A DNA stretch of 64,000 bases, taken from NCBI GenBank assembly GCA_965208675.1, contig OZ242351.1:992001-1056000 (forward strand). The letters are read 5' to 3'. The DNA comes from Candidatus Poribacteria bacterium. GTDB taxonomy: Bacteria; Poribacteria; WGA-4E; PCPOR2b. Both the position numbers and the translations under genes were made by a program. This document shows, one piece after another, positions 52,239 through 60,428 of the stretch. The number at the start of each line of letters is the position of its first letter. Within the stretch, counting starts at the first letter, position 1. The notes beneath the pieces are model-generated. The model saw only the letters and a program-made list of their open reading frames with translations. It made no database searches and was not told the DNA's origin.

Positions 52239-52522
52239 TCTGGTCAGATTAAAAATCTCATTTCGAGCTTACAAGGAACCCGGACGATGGCGATTTGTGA
52301 ATGCTAAAAAACTAGGTTGTTCTGGATATCAATACTCGCACAAGGTAAGCACGCGCATTCGGCAATAAGCTGCCCTCTGATATGACGTGGAAACACGCCT
52401 ACGCGCAAATGTTGAGTTCGCCAGGACATCCCAGTTGCATAATCGAGTCCCCTTTTCGTGGCCGGAGAAAGGAAAGCATATCCGACAGCAATAATTTGAA
52501 GTAAGCTCAATCCATGACCAGA
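52239..52522 (+). ncRNA. Unidentified large structured RNA or cis-regulatory leader candidate
   Basis: Nested long-range pairs TCTGGTCA/TGACCAGA, GAGCTTAC/GTAAGCTC, GTTGTT..GGATAT/ATATCC-GACAGC and ACTCG/CGAGT; GAAA-tetraloop hairpin; promoter before and terminator after; no long ORF. Confidence 0.6.
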
Positions 52523-52545
52523 TGGTTTTCTTACATCGGAAACGG

Positions 52546-52577
52546 ACCACGATTCAAAAAGGGATCGTGGTTTTTTT
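52546..52577 (+). terminator. Intrinsic terminator
   Basis: ACCACGATTC/GGATCGTGGT stem followed by a T run (52571-52577). Confidence 0.8.
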
Positions 52578-52692
52578 GTTGCCATTTATTGAAATCCGCA
52601 CTCTAAAAATGGACCTCTCGCAGCCAAAAATTGATTTTTAAATTCAATTCTTACGAAAGCCATACACCTCCTGAAAAACGGGGGAGTTTATC

Positions 52693-54924
52693 ATGAAACT
52701 GATCGAACCAATGCCAAATCCAGTCAGACAAAAGATACAAGGGTTACTTGCGCCCGGCGAAGATGAGCTAATCTGCGTATCTGCTGACATGAACCGCGAT
52801 GGCCGTTACGGCACACGCTGGATTGTGGTCACAAACAAGCGCATCGTAATAATTTCGGAAGATGCCGTCGATGATGTTGTACAGATACTCATTGAAGATG
52901 TCGTATCCGTACGGACCGAACCCCTAGTGGGCGGAGGACGTTTGGAGATAGAGCGGAAGGCAAGCCCAACCGCCATTGTCCGGTACTCCAACTCTATGGC
53001 GGTGAAGTTCTCCGAAGTCGCGCGGGGCATTGAACAGCTCCGCAAGCAGGAACCGTTCCAAATTGATAGCCAACTTGAACGCACACGATGTGAAAAATGC
53101 GGCAGACTGTTGCCTGAAAAGGACGGCATCTGCCCGGCTTGTATTCAGCGGTTAGCGACGCTGCGGCGAATCGGAAGCTACCTAATGCCCTACAAATGGC
53201 GTGCTGCACTTCTCGCAATGGCGTCTCTCATTGGAACGCTGACAGAGATTTTACCGCCGCTGATTACCCGGCACATCGTGGACGATGCGTTGGTACCCGC
53301 GAAAGAATCAGCCATCGGCATGGAGGAACGGTTAACGCTGCTCGGTTGGTTTGTGCTGGGCTTAGTCGGTGTGCGGGTGTTGGGTTGGGGCGCGGAATGG
53401 GTACACGGCTGGACGGTGACCTGGTTGGGCGCCCGCGTCACAGCCGATATCCGAAGCCGGTTATACCGCCAACTCGAGCTGCTTTCACTGCAGTTTTATG
53501 ACAAGCGGCAGGTCGGCGCGGTGATGTCACGCGTGACAAGAGACGCCGGCAGGTTACAGGACTTCCTCGTGGATGGCATGCCCTATCTGATCATTAATGG
53601 ATTGATGATTGTTGGCATACTGGTATTCCTGTTTCTGATGAGTTGGCGGTTGACACTATACATTTTATTGCCGATCCCGATTCTGCTAGCGTGGGGAGTC
53701 CTCTTCTGGCGGCGGATGCGCCGGTACTTCCATAAGTGGGATCAGAGATGGTCAGATCTCATGTCTACGGTGAACGAAACGTTGTCTGGAATTCGCGTGG
53801 TAAAGGCATTCGCACAGGAGATGCGCGAGGTTGCCTCGTTTAATAGACGAAATAAGGTGCTGCGGCGGATAGCTGTAAGGACGGAAATCAACTGGGAAAT
53901 CTTTTTCGCCACATCGAGTCTTGTGACTAGCTTGGGGGTACTGATAATTTGGCTTTTCGGAGGGATAGAGATGTTCAAGGGCGAGTTTTCTATCGGTAAG
54001 CTATTGGCATTCTACGGCTTCATGTGGCTCGTCTACGGTCCCATCCAATGGTTCGGGCAGGTCAACAATTGGATGACACGTGCGTTCGCGGGAGCCGAGC
54101 GAATCTTCGAGGTCATCGACACGCCGCCTGAAGCTTACGACGATGCAGACGCCGTACCCATGCCTAACATTGAGGGCAGGATCGATTTTCAGAAAGTCAC
54201 GTTTGGTTACGATAAGAGCAAGCCGGTGCTGCATGAAATTAACCTCGAAGTCACACCGGGGGAGATGGTAGGACTTGTCGGCAAGTCAGGTGTGGGTAAG
54301 ACGACCACCGTGAACCTAATCTCCCGGTTTTACGACGTAGATCACGGCGCAATTGAGATTGACGGCGTGGATAACCGAACAATCCGGTTGGAAGATCTGC
54401 GCAGCCAGATTGGCATCGTCGCCCAAGAACCTTTTTTGTTCAGCGGTACAATTTCTGAGAACATCGGCTACGGCAAACCCGGCGCAGGCTTTGAAGAACT
54501 CATGGACGCCGCACAAGCCGCCAACGCTCACAATTTTATCGTCGCCAAGCCAGACGGCTATGATACCCAGGTGGGAGAACGGGGAAACAACCTGTCAGGC
54601 GGTGAAAAGCAGCGAATCGCTATTGCCCGGGCAATCCTCCACAATCCGAGGATTTTAATTTTGGATGAAGCGACTTCGTCGGTGGACGTGGAGACGGAAA
54701 AGCAGATTCAGGAAGCCGTTTCCCGGCTAACCAAGGGCCGCACCACCATCGCAATTGCCCACCGGTTGTCAACGCTGCGGAACGCGAACCGGTTAGTCGT
54801 GCTTGAGGAGGGGCGTATCGTGGAGGTTGGGACACATAGCGAATTGATGGAAAAACGAGGGATTTTCTACGACCTTGTTCAATTACAGCGGCAGACATCA
54901 GAAATTATCGCAGTTAAAGCGTAG
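52693..54924 (+). CDS. ABC exporter (TMD+NBD) with N-terminal extra domain and Cys4 Zn-ribbon, paralogue 1
   Basis: RCEKCG...ICPAC, six-TM domain, GKSGVGKT, LSGGEKQR, ILDEATS and IAHRLST. Confidence 0.92.
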   Translation: MKLIEPMPNPVRQKIQGLLAPGEDELICVSADMNRDGRYGTRWIVVTNKRIVIISEDAVDDVVQILIEDVVSVRTEPLVGGGRLEIERKASPTAIVRYSNSMAVKFSEVARGIEQLRKQEPFQIDSQLERTRCEKCGRLLPEKDGICPACIQRLATLRRIGSYLMPYKWRAALLAMASLIGTLTEILPPLITRHIVDDALVPAKESAIGMEERLTLLGWFVLGLVGVRVLGWGAEWVHGWTVTWLGARVTADIRSRLYRQLELLSLQFYDKRQVGAVMSRVTRDAGRLQDFLVDGMPYLIINGLMIVGILVFLFLMSWRLTLYILLPIPILLAWGVLFWRRMRRYFHKWDQRWSDLMSTVNETLSGIRVVKAFAQEMREVASFNRRNKVLRRIAVRTEINWEIFFATSSLVTSLGVLIIWLFGGIEMFKGEFSIGKLLAFYGFMWLVYGPIQWFGQVNNWMTRAFAGAERIFEVIDTPPEAYDDADAVPMPNIEGRIDFQKVTFGYDKSKPVLHEINLEVTPGEMVGLVGKSGVGKTTTVNLISRFYDVDHGAIEIDGVDNRTIRLEDLRSQIGIVAQEPFLFSGTISENIGYGKPGAGFEELMDAAQAANAHNFIVAKPDGYDTQVGERGNNLSGGEKQRIAIARAILHNPRILILDEATSSVDVETEKQIQEAVSRLTKGRTTIAIAHRLSTLRNANRLVVLEEGRIVEVGTHSELMEKRGIFYDLVQLQRQTSEIIAVKA

Positions 54925-55090
54925 CGTCCGCATATCTCCTCATGTACACCTTGACAATATTACCGCGAATTTTGGATTATGGCATATTCAAGCTTAAGGT
55001 CAGTAATTCTATCGCACTCCACGAAAATGCCGCGCATCGACGTGGCATTCAATCGTGCCAGCGCAAACTCGGACAAATGGAACACCAATA

Positions 55091-57319
55091 ATGCAACCGT
55101 TTATTGAATCGCTGCCTCCTGAGGTGGATGCGAAACTGCAAAGCGCGAAACCTTCGGATGAACAGGTACTTATCCAGGTCTCCGCGGATCTCACCACCGA
55201 CCAAGCATTTGGGGAAAAGTGGTTGGTAGCAACCAAATTCCGTCTACTGGTCGTGCCCGCTGATGGCGTCGTTGAGCAAATACCGCTCGACACAATTCAG
55301 GACATCAAAACTGAAGAACTGGTCGGCGGCGGCTGCCTAGTCGTTGAACGAAAATCGGGCGCACCCGTCTATCTGCACTATTCCAGCTCTTTAATTCCAA
55401 AATTCGCTGAGGTAGCGCAAGGAATCGGTCAACTCTCCAAAGGCAAACCGCTTGAGCTGCCGACGGAGATGGAACGGACGCGATGCGAAAAGTGCGGACG
55501 GCTGCTCCCGGAGAAAGACAGCAAATGTGTAGCCTGCATTAAAAAATGGAACACCTTAATGCGAATCCAAAGCTACGTTAACCCTTACCGCGTTCAACTC
55601 ACGTTGGTTGTAGTAATCACAGTGATCGGCGTGTTGATAAATTTGCTTCCGCCGCTAATTACTGAACGCATCATCGACGATGTGCTTATACCGTTGTCAA
55701 ACTTTAATCTTTTAGTTTGGCTTGTGGCGGGGTTATTGGGCGCCTATCTTTTTAGTTGGCTGTCCGAAATCGGGCATACGGCATTAAGCTGTTGGCTGGG
55801 TTTCCGCGCGGCTGAGGACATCCGGGCTAAACTCTATCGTTGTTTGCAGTTCCTGCCCATTAGATTTTACGACAAACATAAAGTGGGCGCGCTAATATCT
55901 CGCATGACCAACGACGCAGATCGGTTGGAGGATTTTATCGCCTTTGAGGTTCCCTACGTCATTTCCAACGCACTGTTATTAGTGGGTATTTTCTGCCTGC
56001 TGTTGTACAAAAATTGGGTGCTTACGCTCTATGTGTTGCTCCCCGTGCCGCCGATTGTTCTGGGGGGAATCTTCATGTGGAATCGTTTGACGCGTTTTTG
56101 GCGCCTTTGGTCTGCGAGGTGGGGGCGGTTCTCCTCGCACCTGAACGAGTCGATCACGGGGATTCGATTGGTGAAGGCTTTCGCGCAGGAAGACCGTGAA
56201 AGCACAGTGTTTGACCGGCATAACGACGCACTGCGGCAGGTAAACGTTTCGGGCAATCGGGCATGGTTCGTTTTCTACACCATCACAAACTTTCTGATGA
56301 GTTTCGGCGCCTTCTTTGTCTGGTATTTTGGCGGGAAACAGGTTCTGGGTGAGGAGTTTAAACTCGGAGAATTGACTGCATTCATTAGTTACCTTTGGAT
56401 GCTTTATCAACCGCTTCGGTGGTTTGGCGACTCCTACAACTTCATGCTTCGCGCTTTTGCCGGCGCCGAGCGAATTTTTGAAGTGATGGACGCGCCTTCT
56501 GATCCGTTTGATAATCCAAATGCCAGAAATATGCCAAAAATTGACGGGCGGATTACCTTCAAAGATGTCAAGTTTGGTTACGATCCAGGCAAGCCGGTCC
56601 TCAGAGATATTAATCTAACGGTAGAACCGGGAGAAATGATTGGCTTAGTCGGCAAATCCGGCGTGGGTAAAAGCACGATGGTCAATCTGATATGCCGATT
56701 CTACGATGTGACTCACGGCACTTTGCAGGTTGATGACGAGGATATCCGGAACATCCGTATCGAGGATTTGCGGTCTCAAATCGGCATAGTCCTACAGGAG
56801 CCATTTCTGTTTAACAGGACAATTGCGGAAAACATCCACTACGGCAATCCGGATGCGTCGTTTGACGAAGTCATGCGCGCAGCGATTGCTGCAGAAGCGC
56901 ATGATTTCATCGTTGCTAAACCCGACGGATATGACACGATGGTCGGCGAGCGCGGGAATAAACTCTCCGGCGGCGAAGGGCAGCGTATCGCTATCGCGAG
57001 AGCCATCCTGCATAATCCAAAAATTTTGATTCTCGACGAAGCGACATCATCGCTCGACACCGCAACAGAAAAGAAGATTCAGGCTGCTATTGCTAAGTTA
57101 ATCGAAGGACGGACGACGTTTGCCATTGCGCACCGGCTTTCCACGCTGCGCAACGCCGACCGGCTGATTGTTCTGGATGAGGGAAAAATCGAAGAGATTG
57201 GCACCCATGAGGAATTGATGGATCGGAAAGGGCGCTTCTACAATTTAGTCCAGACGCAAAAGGAAACATCGGCAGTCATGGCGGTCGGCGGCGGGAAAGA
57301 CGATCCGGGCAATGAATAG
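55091..57319 (+). CDS. ABC exporter (TMD+NBD) with N-terminal extra domain and Cys4 Zn-ribbon, paralogue 2
   Basis: RCEKCG...KCVAC, GKSGVGKS, LSGGEGQR and ILDEATS; collinear with paralogue 1. Confidence 0.92.
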   Translation: MQPFIESLPPEVDAKLQSAKPSDEQVLIQVSADLTTDQAFGEKWLVATKFRLLVVPADGVVEQIPLDTIQDIKTEELVGGGCLVVERKSGAPVYLHYSSSLIPKFAEVAQGIGQLSKGKPLELPTEMERTRCEKCGRLLPEKDSKCVACIKKWNTLMRIQSYVNPYRVQLTLVVVITVIGVLINLLPPLITERIIDDVLIPLSNFNLLVWLVAGLLGAYLFSWLSEIGHTALSCWLGFRAAEDIRAKLYRCLQFLPIRFYDKHKVGALISRMTNDADRLEDFIAFEVPYVISNALLLVGIFCLLLYKNWVLTLYVLLPVPPIVLGGIFMWNRLTRFWRLWSARWGRFSSHLNESITGIRLVKAFAQEDRESTVFDRHNDALRQVNVSGNRAWFVFYTITNFLMSFGAFFVWYFGGKQVLGEEFKLGELTAFISYLWMLYQPLRWFGDSYNFMLRAFAGAERIFEVMDAPSDPFDNPNARNMPKIDGRITFKDVKFGYDPGKPVLRDINLTVEPGEMIGLVGKSGVGKSTMVNLICRFYDVTHGTLQVDDEDIRNIRIEDLRSQIGIVLQEPFLFNRTIAENIHYGNPDASFDEVMRAAIAAEAHDFIVAKPDGYDTMVGERGNKLSGGEGQRIAIARAILHNPKILILDEATSSLDTATEKKIQAAIAKLIEGRTTFAIAHRLSTLRNADRLIVLDEGKIEEIGTHEELMDRKGRFYNLVQTQKETSAVMAVGGGKDDPGNE

Positions 57320-57412
57320 AACTGCCTTCCTTAACGCGGCATTCCTCTTCGTAGACCAAGAAAAACTCTCAACGCATTTTTTGCCGCATCTATATTAAAT
57401 CCGGAGAATACC

Positions 57413-57973
57413 ATGGAAAATACTAAATCTTTTAGTGATAAAGACAAGCCTAAAGCACAGCATTCAGTTACGCCGATTCAGACACCGCCGCCGGAATGCG
57501 TCAATCCAAAGGACATTCGATTGTTCCGAGAACCCCCGTGGAAACTGCGATTAACCATTGCCGGCGACCGTTCCTACCTCATGGTGCGAGTCGCTCGCGC
57601 AGCGCCGCTATCTCAACCGTCGAGGTATATCTGCTTTCTTGATGAAAAGAATGAGGTAATCTGGACTGTCGAAGACCCAAGCATCCTGGACGCTGACACT
57701 CGCCGAATCTTAAAGGAAGAACTCGACCAACGGTATATGACCGCTGTTATTGAGGTAGTCAACTCGCTCCGGAACGAATTCGGGGTGTCGTATTGGGACG
57801 TACAGACCAACCGAGGAAATCGGGAGTTTGTGGTACGGAACGTGTCCGAGAGCGCACAATGGATTTCTCCACGCCGTCTATTGCTAATTGACGTGGACGG
57901 CAACCGATTCGAAATCCCGGATATCGACGTGCTCGACAAGCGGAGTTTTGGTCTGATAGATATGGTGATTTAG
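57413..57973 (+). CDS. DUF1854 family protein
   Basis: RAAPLSQPSRYI, EELDQRY, WDVQTNRG and LLIDVDGNRFEIPD; downstream of ABC exporters, as is usual for this family. Confidence 0.85.
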   Translation: MENTKSFSDKDKPKAQHSVTPIQTPPPECVNPKDIRLFREPPWKLRLTIAGDRSYLMVRVARAAPLSQPSRYICFLDEKNEVIWTVEDPSILDADTRRILKEELDQRYMTAVIEVVNSLRNEFGVSYWDVQTNRGNREFVVRNVSESAQWISPRRLLLIDVDGNRFEIPDIDVLDKRSFGLIDMVI

Positions 57974-58135
57974 ATGAATATAAACTCGAATTACAGGTTC
58001 ATAGAAAATGCTGCTGCAACCCACCGATTCCGCAATTTATCTGGGCTACTAACGTGGAGTTACCAAAGGCCATTTTCACCGATACCGAGTTATAGTAATT
58101 CTCAAATTGAATTGCATAGAAACGTTCTGAATTTA

Positions 58136-58164
58136 TTGCAATAAACGTCCAGATGTGATAGAAT
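58136..58164 (+). promoter_or_regulatory. sigma70 promoter of guaB
   Basis: TTGCAA-17 nt-TAGAAT with extended -10 TG. Confidence 0.6.
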
Positions 58165-58366
58165 ATCTATTTAATATTTTCTGGCGCCGATGTCATTTAT
58201 AATCCCGTAAATTGGCGTAAGCAACTGCGCTATCCGTAATGAGGTTCGATTGGCAAAGCGTCATGCACTCGTTTCCGTTTGTGTATTTCGGGCGTAGCGG
58301 CGATTGACTAAACCAGTCTTCGGACCGCTTAGCCCTGCCCACCTAGGTACAAAGGAGGCGATTTCA

Positions 58367-59860
58367 GTGGATATGAAATTTTCGGAGTCGGTGTCTCCAA
58401 AATTTTCCAAAATGGGATTGACGTTTGACGATGTTTCATTAATTCCCGGCGAATCAAACGTACTTCCCAATGAAATTGACACATGCACACGATTGACCCG
58501 CCATATAGGCCTTAACATCCCTATCTGCAGCGCCGCAATGGACACCGTGACGGAAGCGGAACTTGCGATCGCTCTTGCGCGCGAGGGCGGCATTGGGATG
58601 ATCCACTTTAACTGCTCCATTGATGAGCAGGTCAAAGAAGTGGACAAAGTCAAACGCTCGGAAAGCGGCATGATTGACGATCCTATCACGTTAACCCCTG
58701 ACAAAACGGTGCGCGACGCCTTGGCAGTAGCCGCCCGCTACCGGATTGGCGGTGTTCCGATTGTGACGAATGAAGGATTCCTCCTTGGCTTAATCACGAA
58801 CAGAGATTTGAAATACGAAACCGATTTAGATTTACCGGTGACAGCCTTGATGACGTCAAGCGACCAGCTCACCACAGCTTCACAGGGGGTTACGCTCGAA
58901 AAGGCGAAGCAAATCTTGCATCAAATTCGCAAGGAAAAATTACCAATTGTGGATGAGAATTTTCGTCTCTGCGGGTTAATTACAATTAAAGATATTGACA
59001 AAGTCCAGAAATATCCCGCAGCTTGTAAAGATGAATCGGGGAAATTGAGAGTTGGGGCAGCCATCAGTCCGCATTGGGGATTAGATAAAGTCGGAATGCT
59101 GGTTGACGCGGGCGCGGATGTATTAGATATCGACACAGCGCACGGTCATCATCAGAATGTGATTCGTTCGACGCGTAGGATTAAGACGGAATTTCCGGGC
59201 GTAGAGTTGATTGCCGGCAATGTAGTGACTGCCGACGCGACCAACCAACTGATTGATGCTGGCGCCGACGCGGTAAAAGTTGGCATGGGACCAGGTTCGA
59301 TTTGTACAACTCGCGTAGTCTCCGGAATCGGCGTACCGCAGATAACGGCGGTTTACGACTGCGCACGAGAGGCTGACAAAAACGGTATACCGGTAATCGC
59401 AGACGGCGGCATCCGATATTCAGGCGATGTTGCGAAGGCAATCGGCGCAGGCGCAAGTTCGGTCATGATAGGCAGCCTTCTCGCCGGAACGGAGGAGAGC
59501 CCCGGAGAAACAGTTATCTATCAAGGACGGACGTATAAAATCCACAGAGGTATGGGGTCGCTGTCTGCCATGAAAGAACGCGGCGGCAGTGAGCGATACG
59601 GTCAGAAGAACCTCAGTCTATCGAACCTCATACCAGAAGGAATCGAAGGACGAGTTCCTTACAAGGGCAAGCTAGATGACTTTGTCTATCAATTGGTCGG
59701 CGGACTCCGTCTAGCAATGGGATATTGCGGTATACCTGACATCGAATCGCTTCGCGAGGAAAGCAAATTCATTCGAGTGACGGGTAGCGGCTACCGTGAA
59801 AGTCATCCGCATGACATCGCCATTACGGAAGAAGCGCCCAATTATAGCGTGATGCCCTAA
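58367..59860 (+). CDS. guaB: IMP dehydrogenase
   Basis: [17 protein letters not shown] pair, [19 protein letters not shown] and RGMGS. AAGGAGG RBS precedes GTG 58367. Confidence 0.97.
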   Translation: MDMKFSESVSPKFSKMGLTFDDVSLIPGESNVLPNEIDTCTRLTRHIGLNIPICSAAMDTVTEAELAIALAREGGIGMIHFNCSIDEQVKEVDKVKRSESGMIDDPITLTPDKTVRDALAVAARYRIGGVPIVTNEGFLLGLITNRDLKYETDLDLPVTALMTSSDQLTTASQGVTLEKAKQILHQIRKEKLPIVDENFRLCGLITIKDIDKVQKYPAACKDESGKLRVGAAISPHWGLDKVGMLVDAGADVLDIDTAHGHHQNVIRSTRRIKTEFPGVELIAGNVVTADATNQLIDAGADAVKVGMGPGSICTTRVVSGIGVPQITAVYDCAREADKNGIPVIADGGIRYSGDVAKAIGAGASSVMIGSLLAGTEESPGETVIYQGRTYKIHRGMGSLSAMKERGGSERYGQKNLSLSNLIPEGIEGRVPYKGKLDDFVYQLVGGLRLAMGYCGIPDIESLREESKFIRVTGSGYRESHPHDIAITEEAPNYSVMP

Positions 59861-60428
59861 TGACATTCTTTCGGAACTAACAAGCTATCAACACTAACCA
59901 ATCGTAATGGGTTGAATTTGGAGGTCAATAGGAATACAAAACGCTTGTTCTCTTTCGCCGATAGTAAATTGTGCGGTATGAGTTGACTTCGTCAACAATA
60001 TTCGGGTTATGTAATTCTCGATTGGCGGGAGAAATTCCAAATTCTTGACTACATAAATTTTATCGAGACAAATTATAGCAGGCCGCTGACAATCTTTTAA
60101 ACGCACAATTCCACTATTAGAACCAAACTACACCCTGTGATTCTGGCAGGGTTCCTCCCCTTGCCCCCATCGGGAACCGAACCTTCCTATTTCTGGATGC
60201 AAAACAACTACATGCCGCGGCTAGCAAATTTATCCGAATGCCCCGTTATTCAATTCGCTCGAACCGCCGTGGACGCCACTCTGACCATTGATGCCAAGTG
60301 CTTAAATTTACATGACAACTGTTGATGCAACAACTGACTAACGCGTCAACAATTCAGAAATGGCGCGTTTCTCAGCGTCATTTACAAAATTACTAATACC
60401 AAAGATTTCAATCGCGTAGGATTATACT

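Noticed and set aside
52239-52522. Identification of the structured RNA as tmRNA, RNase P, SRP, Moco or T-box RNA
   Set aside because: There is no tRNA-like acceptor/T-arm or Ala-ending tag, no GAGGAAAGTCC/AACCCGGCTTA pair in order, no SRP CAGG-GNRA-AGCA helix and no T-box GGTGGNACC. Only short chance-level word matches were found.
58196-58255. Purine riboswitch-like words (TATAAT, ATTGG, CCGTAA) upstream of guaB
   Set aside because: The P2 and P3 stems do not pair and the GTTTCTAC junction is absent.
60100-60330. Small ORF or minus-strand structured RNA between guaB and the large ORFan
   Set aside because: There are a few GC-rich hairpins but no convincing promoter, terminator, RBS or nested architecture, so I cannot support it.
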